38,264 bases of DNA. Source: Thelocarpon superellum. Its lineage: Eukaryota. The stretch covers positions 1-38,264 of the forward strand of contig JAPEUG010000138.1 in assembly GCA_026025795.1 (NCBI GenBank), read 5' to 3'. The notes under the pieces are model-generated. The model worked only from the letters and a program-made list of their open reading frames with translations. It had not been told where the DNA came from and searched no databases. The position numbers and the translations under genes were made by a program. Numbering within the stretch: position 1 is the stretch's first letter; the number at the start of each line of letters is the position of its first letter. This document shows positions 1-11,436 of the stretch, in pieces.

Positions 1-302
1 AAAGACGATGCAAGATACACAGCCTTCTCATGTCATCGTCGTCGGGGCCGTTGGGAGAGCGGGGTGAGGAAGGACGAAGGAAGGCGAAGAACAGGAGAGG
101 GAAAGGTCGTTGCACTGGTCACTACCCTTGTCATGTCGTGCGTGTCACCGATGCCACCGATGCCACCGTTGCCGTCCGTCTGGTAGTCGCAATGGGACTG
201 AAGATGGCAAGGAAAAAAGGAAAAAAGGAGCCGGACAATTCACCCAGATCGAAAAACGGAAAGGTGAAGGGTGGATGGCGGAAGAGTGGAACAGGCGAGG
301 GT

Positions 303-405
303 GTCGAGGTCGAGGTCAAGGTCGAAGTCGAGGTCAAGGTCGAAGTCGAGGTCAAGGCGAGGTCAAGGCGAGGTCAAGGCGAGGCCAATGGCGAGGTCGA
401 GGTTG
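303..405. repeat. Compound minisatellite downstream of the PP1 stop codon
   Basis: GTCGAG/GTCAAG/GTCGAA hexamers form an 18-bp higher-order unit (gtcgaggtcaaggtcgaa), which then shifts to an 11-bp unit (gaggtcaaggc) repeated 3-4 times. It produces the spurious VEVEVK/SRSRS ORFs in the track. Confidence 0.9.
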
Positions 406-505
406 ACGAGGGAAATGAAACAAGAGTGGTGGGAGCTCCGCCCAATCATCTCCGCCCGAACCTGCTGCACGAACGAAAAACGTTCGCATATGTTCAGACA
501 CAACT

Positions 506-1726
<1,221 letters not shown>

Positions 1727-2550
1727 GTCTGCGTCCGGGTGGCGGCGAGCGACAGGCGTGGACCGCGGTCGAAGGCTCGGGCTCGGCTTGGGGCGCGGAC
1801 GTGTGCGCGGGCGCGAGCGAGGGCGCGATGAAGATGACCGGAAGGGTGGCGACTGACGTTGTGGTCCGCAATGTGCTTGACAGGGTGATCTTCTCGGTCG
1901 CGGGCGCGTCGTCCACCACTCCCAAAGGGATGCGGTACGTGGGGGGAGGGGCGAGCGTCGCGATGTCACGGTGAGTCCGGTGCTCGGGTCGTGAGGAGCC
2001 GGGTGGCGGCGGGGTGAGGGTGAGGTAACGGTGGCCGACAACGGCTCGTACGACCAAAGAATCGATAGATCGGGGACGCTGTGGGGGCGCTGGCAGGCGG
2101 AGGAGGTGCGTGCAAGGCGTCGCGGGGCAATGGACGAGGGCGGTGGGCCGGGTGGACGAGGGAGTCAAGGGCGGCCTTTGTCACGATGGAGGCGGGAGGG
2201 TTGGCGACAGGGGCGGGTGTTTGCGAGAGGGCAATCGACAAGGCAATCGAGGGCGTGTGTGGTGCGTGGGACGGAGATGGATGATGCCAGACAGGGTCCG
2301 ATCGTTAACGAAGCGGCACAATCGCGCAGTCGTGTGGTTGACCGGATGCGAAGCGCTGGACGGGGGGCACGGTGATGTGGAGCGAGCAAGCTCGCTTTTC
2401 TCTCGTCCTCTCACTTTGCGTTGGACTGCTGCTGTCTGGACCGTGCCAACTCTGGAGCGTTCGGCGTTTGGCGAGGAATTCTCTGCTCTCGGTGTTCGTC
2501 GATGGCGGGCGGGCGATGACCCCTCGAGATCTGTTGAATGACTCGGACGA

Positions 2551-2592
2551 TCAAGCGTCGAGTGTCAAGCGTCAAGAGACAAGCGTCAAGCG
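2551..2592. repeat. Degenerate 7-bp tandem repeat (TCAAGCG) x6 upstream of PP1
   Basis: tcaagcg tcgagtg tcaagcg tcaagag acaagcg tcaagcg. Confidence 0.8.
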
Positions 2593-3555
2593 ATGGATGA
2601 TGCCGTCGTGCAGTTGTCACCGGGACCAGGCGGTGGGGATGTGGGGATGTGTGGTATCTCTTGTGCGTTGGGGGGCCGTCAAGATGCAAGAGGCTGTTTC
2701 GTCTTCCTTCCTGTCCCTACGTCGGTACGAGAACGTCGGTCTGATTACTACTGGGCCTGCAGGAGGTGGGATGCGTGCGAGGGGGCGGTCGCGCCAAAGG
2801 GTAGACCCAAGTACCCGGTACGAGGACAAGGGCTTCGAGCGGCTTGGCCGGACTCGTGCCGCTTGACTCGGGGCTGCCTGGCAATCGCTCTGTCTTGCCC
2901 CCGTACGAGTAGGTATTCTCCCGCTGGGCGCGCCCAGACGCGAGCGAAGCCAGGGCCTTTGAGGCGCAATTGTGCAAATCCGCCCTCTGAACTACTCCGG
3001 TCCGGATGCCCTCATTTCGACAAGACATACTATGTAGTGTAGGTGCATGTATCCCATCGATCCAGCGAGGGCGCAAAAGTGAGCGCTCATTGATGGTAGA
3101 AGTTTGTGCCAAAAGCCCCTACTCTTGAAGTACTCCGGGTCTCGACGCTCACGAGAACACTCCACTCACATCGTGCGTAATTCTCTGTAGACCTCTGAAC
3201 ACGCCAAGATTGTCTGCACCGAAGTGAGAATCCTCTCTGGTTCGAAAGAGAACTCTTGCCAGCCTTGGTCGCTCGCCATTGTCCCATTACTGTATACAAT
3301 CGCTTTCCCGTGCTCATAAATATCTCATAAGTACAAAGGTTGCAATACAGGAAAGAAATGGGCGACGCAGCAGCCGTTCAGCCTCGACGCAGGAGTCCCA
3401 CCCGCTTCCGTGACGCCGCAGCATGTCAGTTGCACTGGTACCCAGCATAATCCATCCAAGAAGCGCCGCTTTGATCGGAGGGATCGGTCCGTCGATGGCG
3501 CGATCACTGCAGGTCTCGTGAGAGAAGCGGCCCTCACCATTCGGCTCTGCCTCGA

Positions 3556-4279
3556 TCATGAGTCTTCTCCGTGGAACCCCAAGCTCGCTAAGCCCGACAT
3601 GTGGAAGGGCGTGTCATCGGCCGTCAGACCTTGGAACTTGACGCAGTCGTCCACGTCGCCGGTTGGGACAACATCCTTGTACCAGAAGTCACCCAGGTCC
3701 TTGGAGGTCCAGTCTTGGTAGATTTTGTAGGTTTTGTAGGGTGACTCTTTCGTGGCGTTGGGACACGCCAGGAATCCCCCCTCTGCTTGCGTTTCCCCGT
3801 GACTCAAGTTGCCAAACATGCGGTTCCCGGCGGGTGTGTGGACCCAGCCACCATACTCCACATACTCGCTGGAGCCGAATTGCGTCACGTACAACGCCCC
3901 GGTCTCATCGGCAGCGACGTATGGATAACTGTTCCGGGAGTTGGACCCCAGCTATTGCAGACGGTGTCAGCTGGGGACGGCGACTTGTCGACGACCAAGG
4001 CGTGCTTACCGCAACCAGGCAGTCACCGGTCGCATATTGGTTCTTGGGATTCATGGCAATTCTAAAGTTCGTCGGAGGTTGACCAATAGGCGCGACGTAC
4101 AGGCCGTGATCGTTTCGATCGACATAGATTGGGCGGAGATTCACGTCGAGATGGCCTGGAGTCGACACCATGATGGTGAAGCTGGCATCGCGCGGTTGTG
4201 GGAAGCGCCAGGAAATGTCGGCCATGCCCACCTCGATGAGACCCAGGAGAGCCCCAAGCGCGACTGGGAGCAGATGCAT
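3556..4279 (-). CDS. Secreted protein, divergent PhiA / IgE-binding cell-wall-protein-like, 221 aa
   Basis: Exons 4279-4010 and 3951-3556. The 58-nt intron (GTAAGC...GCTGAC...TAG) joins the two track ORFs in frame. Signal-peptide-like MHLLPVALGALLGLIEVGMA. C-terminal GFLACP and VPTGDVDDCVKFQGL resemble the F(L/M)ACP and VP(T/S)GNVxDCLGFxAL motifs of that family (recognised from memory). Confidence 0.72.
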
Positions 4280-5291
4280 CGTCACCAAGCACCCAATGAC
4301 GAGACCTCAGATGAGGGAGCAGTGACAGAGCGAATGGGAGACGTCGCCGTGGCTGGCGGGCCAACACCTCATATAAAGGAAGACGGGCGGACGACCCAGT
4401 CTTGACTAGAGATGAGCGTGGCATGACAGGAAGAACTTCCTGTGCAATATTGCCGCAATCCATGCGATGGCTCTGTGTCCGTGCATTGATTTCTGTGCAG
4501 CTGTCTTGCTCTCGCGAGGCGTGGGCGCTTGGACCCAAGTTACCAGCAGGATGACAAGCGACCCTAAAGGATTATGTGCAATGGCGTGGAGAGGAAAAGA
4601 AAAAGCATTATCGTCTCCCTGCAGGGCAGACCTGGGAAGAGGAAGAGACCCGGCTCTCCCGGCGTATGTCTTGCAATATCGACCTGGCAGTGTGGCCGCA
4701 CGTGGGCGCAGAGTCTGCTCCTGATCGCGAGCCTAATCTGCAACACGTCGACCTGCAGGCCTACGAAGTGAGAGCTGGGCGAGGATGACAGTTCAATCTT
4801 TCGAGGATTGCTCCATCGAGCATGACGCTTTCTCTATCGAGACCAAGGCATGACGCGTGGCGGGAACAGCGGGCCTCTCGACGAGCGCTGCTCTCGGGCC
4901 AAGTACCTTCTACTTCGGCCGCCTCCACGTCGTCGTATTTATAGACCGCGAACCATGCCATTGACTAATCTCGATGCGGCGATGGCGGTTTGGTGGATGG
5001 CAACCAGGCACGTGACCGCAACCGGCGCTTCGCGAGCAGATCCCAGATCCCGGCTTACAACCAGGGGACGACGGTGCCTGCATGCGTAATGGAATCTCCG
5101 ACTGAAGGAGATGAGGATACGGCCGACGCGCTCGATCGTGGCAGACGACGGAAGAGTTGCATCGGAATCCCTAGACTATGTACACCAAGATCCCCCCACG
5201 CCCCTTCTGAATGCGCACACGCTCGCTCATGCTCGAAGCTCACGCTCATGCCCACGCTGACGCTCACGCTTATGCTCATCGTGACTGAGGC

Positions 5292-5358
5292 AAAGTGCCA
5301 AGTGCAAGGATAAAGACCAAGTGCAACGCGAGTGTAAAGGTGCAAGGTGCAGAGTGCG
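5292..5358. repeat. Degenerate ~7-bp repeat (AAGTGCA-like) x7 downstream of the LRR gene stop
   Basis: aagtgcc, aagtgca, aagtgca, gagtgta, aggtgca, aggtgca, gagtgcg within about 65 nt. A (GCTCAC/GCTCAT)n hexamer tract lies next to it at 5221-5280. Confidence 0.65.
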
Positions 5359-5518
5359 ACGCCAGGAACAAGAACCCGCCATGCCGATCTCGCTGAGGCC
5401 GAACGCGCAAAAACGTCTCAAATCGGGACGGTATGATACAAGAAAGCTCCTGCGGTGGTGAATTCCCTGGCAGCCGCCGGGTCACATGGCCCGCGCAGCG
5501 TGAGAAGAAAGAAGAGCG

Positions 5519-8117
5519 TTAGCCCAAGGTGCGCGCGCCGCTGACGATGGGCTGCGATCCTGCTCGTGGGGTGGTCGGGCTTGGTCGGATGGTGCTCGTC
5601 GGACTAAAGTCGCCGCCCGGACTGGCTTGGGTCGCAGGCGGAGCCCGATCCCAGCCATCCTCGTTCAGCACGGCGAGCCAGTTATTGCCCACGTCATTGC
5701 GCAAGGCCTCGATCTTCTTCTTGTAGATCTCGCTGCTCACATTCCAGTCGGGTGGCTCCTTGGCCACGAGGGGCACCGCCGACGCCGACACACTGGCCGG
5801 CATCGGCGGCGGCGCCATGGCTGTGTCGAGGGGCGGCGGGGCGACCGCGTGTGTTTGCGAGGACCGACGGGGTGGGATGGCAACGGCCGGGTCGGTCGTG
5901 CGAGGCGACGGGGACGCCAGGCGCTCGGCCTCGGCCTCGGCCTCCTCGGGACCAGCGGATGGCGAGTGGCTCAGCGTCCGTGGCGAGCTCGACGCGTGCG
6001 AGAGCTCGACCACCCGCCGCCGCGGACCTTTTCGCCGACGGTTGGTGCCCACGGGGCTGTCGCCTTCAGGCCAACCCGGCTCCGCGCGCTCGCGGACCGT
6101 CTCCGGAGACATGGCAGAGCCGTCAACTAGCTTCACGGTGGCGACCTTCGGTTGCACCGTCGTCGTGACACTTGCGTCGCGCGGCGGCGGCTTGACCACT
6201 GGCACGCTCGCCGGTTCGGCCACGCGGTCGACCAGCTGTCGCCGTTCGCTGTAGCCGGGATGGGTGGAGTCGATGATGATGTCGACCATGTGGCCGGGCG
6301 CGGTCCGGAAGAGATTGAAGATGGTCACGCGATATCCGCCATGCGTGCGTGTGAATGGGTTACTGGCGATCCAGATCTCGCGCATGTCAGGGATGCCGGT
6401 CAGGCGGCCAAGCTCCGTGGGGTCAGTGACTTTGTTATCGCGCAGATCGAGTCGCTCGAGCGAGAGGAGCCGCTCGATTCCCGCGATCGAGACCAAACGA
6501 TTGGCGCGGAGGTTCAGAGCGGTGATGGCCGGTAGCGGGTTGCGCGCCAGCGAATGGAGCGAGTCGATCATGCAGTTGGACATGTTCAGCGCCCGGAGCG
6601 AGGTCAGCGTGGCGAGGCAATCGGGCAGTTGCGCAAACAGATTCGACGAGAGATCCAACGACGTCAGGTTCTCCGCTACAGGCGCGAGGCTCGCGGCCGA
6701 AAGAGTCGTCAGCCCGTTCTCTGCGAGGCTAAGATGTCGGAGGAAGCGCCACTTGGAGACTGGCAGCGGCATCGAGCCCAGGAGGTTGGAGGAGCTGCCG
6801 CTCCGCCGGGCCATGGCTGAGCGCGAGCTCGAGCGCGAACTGCCCGAGCCCGATCGCTTCTTCCGCGTTGCTCCGCTCCGCACGTGGCCGTAGGATGAGC
6901 CGGCGCGCGAGCTGGACGGGCGTACAGGTGACCCCGTCCGCGGTGGCGGGTGCGGGGCCGGATCGTTGCCCTCGGATCCAGACCGCGCCATGGAGACGCT
7001 CTGCGGACTGGCCTCGGCCGCCAACTTGTCGTCGGCCTTGGGTGAGCCAGGGGCCGAGTTGGATTTCTTCGGAGCCGCCACGTGCAGGGTTGGGCTGGGT
7101 ACGCCCCACGGCAAGAGAGGTGAGTGTTGTGTCTTTGATGAGCGACGACGGCGCTTGTCCATGTCATCGAGCACAATGTTGATCAACAGGTCGGCTGGGT
7201 TGTCCACGTTGCCCCGCCGGACCGTCAGACTCTTGAGCTGCTCTGCCAGCCGGTCCCAACCGAAGAACTGCCGGAAGTCGACGTCACAAACCTCGAGCGC
7301 GCTGATGTTCTTGAAGGCGATGAGCGGAACGGCGGCATCGAAGGGAAACTCCTCGTAACCCGAGATGAGCCGCGACTTCCGATCCGGGGCCAGTCGCAGG
7401 CAGGGAATCTTGGTGAAGGCGGAGTAGAGGTACTTCAAGTCGGTCTGGGTGGCGGCCTTGGCCTTTTCGCTCTTGGCCGCCGCGTTGGCCGCCGACAGGC
7501 CGAGATTGGACCAGAGGCTCGACATGCCCGACATGACGCTTCGCACGCTGGAGACGGAGTGGATGGAGTCTTGGTCCGAGGCACGGGCCTTGGACCGCTG
7601 GGATTGACTGAGGAATGAGACATAGTTGCCGGGCGAAGCATCGGTGTGGATGTTCTCCAGCCGCACATTCATCGGACCAACGTCGATGTTCAGCTCCTCG
7701 AAGCGTGAGAGTAGGTAGAAGAGATGGTGGGGAGTCAGGGAGAGCTTGGCTGACTTGACGCTATGCGAGCTGAAGTTCAGGGATGGGAGCGACAGCGCTG
7801 CCGCCAACGTGCTGGAGGTAGAGGCTGTCGTCGGATGAGAGTGCGTCTGGAGGTTGGCAATCGCCGGTGAGGTGGGCGGAGAGTTGTCATGTCGTGCGAG
7901 AGCACCGACGGGCGACGCCACGGTCGGGCGAGCGGCCTGTCGTCGGAGCTGTAATGCGTTGGCCAGAGCCTTTTCGTGCGTGCGGACAAAATGTGCAAGA
8001 TGCTGAGGCGATCTTGGGTCAGCATCCGATCTAATCCTGATATGAACGGGGATGATGGGCGGGTCCTGCGGAGCCACGGCATACCTTGATGAAAGCCTGA
8101 CCGTCCTCGGAATCCAT
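5519..8117 (-). CDS. Leucine-rich-repeat protein (conserved fungal MDSEDG-type LRR protein, nischarin/STK11IP-like LRR block), 838 aa
   Basis: Exon 8117-8085 (MDSEDGQAFIK), intron GTATGC...CAG, then exon 8002-5519 (HLAHFVRTHEKALANALQ...). LRRs include LRHLSLAENGL, LTSLDLSSNLF, LRALNMSNCMI, ITALNLRANRL and LERLDLRDNKV, with an NPF-containing cap. An in-frame upstream ATG at 8126 is an alternative start. Confidence 0.9.
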
Positions 8118-9940
8118 CTTGCTCATGCATGTAGACGGACAGACCTTGTGGAAGGGAAAGGTCCGTCAAGGATGTGAGAAAGATGATGAAGATACGCACA
8201 GCGTCGATCCAGCGACCAGTCGCGGCGTTGTTATGGCGAGAAAAGTCTGGATCACGGCCAATTGTGGGATTGGATTAGGCCACCAGCACTACATCAACAA
8301 TCCTGTTAGCCCGGCAATTCGCCACTGTTGGTGCACCAAGCATGGTGGAATGAGGCGTGATGGAGGGACCAAGGGGCCCGACCGGGACCTGCCCGCAGCG
8401 GGTCGCGTGCCGCGATAAGGCCAAGACCGCACCGCGAGGGTGGAGGGAACGAAGCAACACGCACCTCTCGGGGTAATTACAACCTCACTTGGGCGATGAA
8501 GCCTGGCCAGCCTCTCTACGGCTTCAGCCTCGGAGGCGACAACGACTCGCGCGGACCAGGTCGCGATAGCGATCGGAAGGGTAGGAACGAGGGCGAGAAC
8601 CGGGGGGTAACGGGGACAAGTGTTCAGGCCGAGGGGAGGAGGTCGCGAGCGCGGGGCCAATCAACGTCCGACGACGTTTACCTTGCGGATGGTTGAGAGG
8701 GCTAAGAGGGCTGCGAGGGTAGATCCTGGAGATGTAGCAGCTGCAGGAGCTGCAGGCGTCGCAGCTGGGGCCGGGATTGGGGCAGGGTCTGGGTGCAGCG
8801 CTTGTGGATGGGCGGGGACCGGTGCAGTCAACAGCCGGGGAAGGGTGCCTGTGGAGAGGGCCGGATGGGGTGCGACATGGTCGAACCAGCGTCGTCGAGA
8901 CCGTTCAACTTAGGCGGATTCACGACGCACACCGACGCGACGGGGCGACGAGGCGGCGAAGGCGAAGGCGAGGGCGAAGGGAGGGTTGAATGGTCAGGCC
9001 GGCGAGGTAGTGATGGGAGGCCATCCGGTGAATCAGATGGTCCGGTCCGGCCGCTGGCTGCTGGCATGGCATACGGAGCAAGTCTGGTCTGTCAGGAGCA
9101 ACGACGGGGCAGCTGGCCCCACGGTGGCCTAGGGTCCGCCAAGCGGGTTGCTGCAGCACACGCGCTGCACCTCCGAAAGTAATCAACGCTATCCTCGACA
9201 TCCTGGTCGGCAGCCGACCAAATAAAATGATCCCCGACCCAAGCGACACACCTCGCTAGGGGCCCGGCACCTCCGGAGCCTGGGTAGGCGCGCAGGGTGG
9301 ATAAGGGTCCACGATCTGCGGGAGCGTACGAGCGTTCCTACTCGACCCTCGGTCCGCACGACGTCGACGATGCAATCAAACTACTGTGCGCCGATGGATC
9401 GCGTCACTGCCCGCGTCTTGCGTCACTCTTCCTCCTGGGGGCTACTGGTAGCCGGAGTCCAGTAGAGATGTTTCGAAATGGCTTTCGTACGCCATCCTGG
9501 ATGCAGCATGCACTCGTGCTTGTCTTTGTACCCGGCCTCGTCCTGGGATGCAAGGACGCCAGGTCTCACCCTCGTCGCTGCAGCTGGACGTCGTGGTCGT
9601 CGTCGAGACGCGTCGGTCCGTGCCTCAGCAGCGTCTTCACCGCCTTCTCGTGCGCGAGCGCGGCTACGGTGCCGAGGGTGCCTTTGGATGTCAGGGGCCA
9701 ATCAGGCGCCGACGAGGCGATAAGCAATCACCACCCATCGCGGATGGCGAGGGTCAGATGATGCGCAACGTTCCATGCTGGACCGGAGAATGCATCGCCC
9801 TAGACCCTCCTCTCGCCTCGTTCCGATGAGCAGGTGTGCGATCGATGTCCATCCAGAGCAGGTGGTCATGGCGCTAGCACGTCTTCGTTATGCAGGCTGC
9901 TGAGGCTAGTGAGGTAGTCGCCCGTCTACGGAGGAATGTC

Positions 9941-9997
9941 CCCACCATTTCCCACCATCCCCCACCATCCCCCACCATCCCTCACCATCCCCCACCA
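9941..9997. repeat. 10-bp tandem repeat (CCCACCATCC), about 6 copies
   Basis: cccaccattt cccaccatcc cccaccatcc cccaccatcc ctcaccatcc cccacca. Confidence 0.92.
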
Positions 9998-10430
9998 GCG
10001 TTCTGCCGCATCATGCATTCGTCGGTCTCTCCTTCTCACCTCCCCGTCCACAGATCGCTCCACGCGGAAGACGGCGAGAGATCCGTAGTAAGATAGCCGT
10101 CGCTTCCGGTGGCGAAGGGGGCCAGTCCTGTGTGGCGGTGAATGGCTGAGGATTGCATGGGGCCGGCCTGGCTGACTCCCTGACTTGAGCCGTCATCATC
10201 TGAGACAGGTCGAGGGTCACATTGGCACGTTACGGTGCGCGACCGGTGGATGGGGCGAGGGTGGGTATATCACCTGAGGATTGGGCCGGCTGCGATGCGA
10301 TGCGATGCGGCGCTGCGAGGATCGAAGGCGTGGCGAGTCTGGCCTCCGGCCGTGCATTGCCCGCATAAGCCCCGAGCTTGAGGCGGATTGACTTCGATGT
10401 TGTCTAGGTGGTAAGTGGTGTTGGTGCGGT

Positions 10431-10490
10431 CCCGTGCGGCCCTGCGCGGCCCTGCGCGGCTTGCACGGCCCTGCGCGGCCTGCACGGCCC
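10431..10490. repeat. 9-10-bp degenerate GC-rich tandem repeat (CCTGCGCGGC), about 6 copies
   Basis: cccgtgcggc cctgcgcggc cctgcgcggc ttgcacggc cctgcgcggc ctgcacggc. Confidence 0.85.
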
Positions 10491-11259
10491 GAGCTTCGCT
10501 CAGACTCGGCAGTTTGGGGTGACGAGGATGGCGAGCGGCGGACTCTCGCTAGGGGGCGCGCCTTAGAGGTAAAGAGCACTCCTGCTTGTTCCCTTTACCG
10601 CCTTAGCAGCACGACGGCCGCGGCAGCTAATCCTCGTCATCCGCTCCATCGTTCGAGTCATGCGGCTATGGCGTCGTGCACGCCGCCGGGGCTGCACCGC
10701 TTGCGCCTAGCTCGATTACCTCTGGCCATGACGTTTGGCGTGTGACAGCTGCCACCTGATTTGCTTGGGGAGACGAGGTGGACGAGGTGTGTCGCTGATC
10801 ACGATGCTCGAGATCTGCGTGCACGGAACAATTCTCTCTGCCATCCTGGCCATCTTTGTTCCTTGCTGAAGATGAGATACGTACGAGCACGTCGAAGACA
10901 TCGATTGGGCAAGGGTTGATTGCGAGAGCGACCGTCAGCAACGATACGCGAAGCACCATCGCGGTTAGTGGCACAGTACTAGATCGCAGAACCTGAAGAC
11001 CTCACGGGGACAGCCTTTGAGCGTTAAGAGCGCGTCGATTATGGATGCAGGGGTGTCCACCGTCCCCATGTAGATCTCCGATTGGGAGGATGGTCGTTCC
11101 TGGCACCAAACCACAATAGCATTGTCCAGCGGTGCCTGCACAAGCGCTCGGGCTGGTGGAAGTACGGAGTACGAGAGTACGTTGGACGGGAGTGACTAAC
11201 TACTTGGTAATAACCGTGGTGGTTGCTTAAAGTAACATAGTCAGACACCGGACTCGGCA

Positions 11260-11310
11260 CCATGTCGCGCGTCGCGTCCCACGTAAAGTGCCGAGACCCA
11301 TGTCGCGTCG
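11260..11310. promoter_or_regulatory. Cluster of MCB-like CGCGT cores upstream of the primase gene
   Basis: CGCGT at 11268, 11273 and 11304, associated with a duplicated ccatgtcgcg word, 130-170 nt upstream of the PRI2 ATG. Replication genes are classical MBF targets, but none is a full ACGCGT and the DNA is GC-rich. Confidence 0.4.
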
Positions 11311-11436
11311 CCCACGCCGCCCACGCCGCCCACGCCGCCACTACGATCCCGACCCCGACCGACAGACAGCAGCCCGACATCCGAGACGTCCACCCTCAAA
11401 AGAAGACCACCGTCATATCGAACCCCAATCGTCAAC

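Noticed and set aside
4936..4943. Perfect TATAAATA on the minus strand
   Set aside because: Only tiny ORFs follow and it is about 650 nt from the next ATG; it may equally be a 3' processing signal of the LRR gene.
9297..9761. 154-aa plus-strand ORF in the large spacer
   Set aside because: GTG start, no family features and no splice support.
10193..10199. Minus-strand ATGATGA as a C/D snoRNA box C
   Set aside because: No CTGA box D at a suitable distance downstream.
9941..10490. Short repeat arrays as CRISPR or transposon termini
   Set aside because: Head-to-tail repeats without spacers, no inverted termini or transposase, and a eukaryotic context.
10651..10660. GTTCGAGTC B-box-like word (similar words near 3240 and 8881)
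   Set aside because: No T-arm stem or cloverleaf can be formed, so no tRNA was called.
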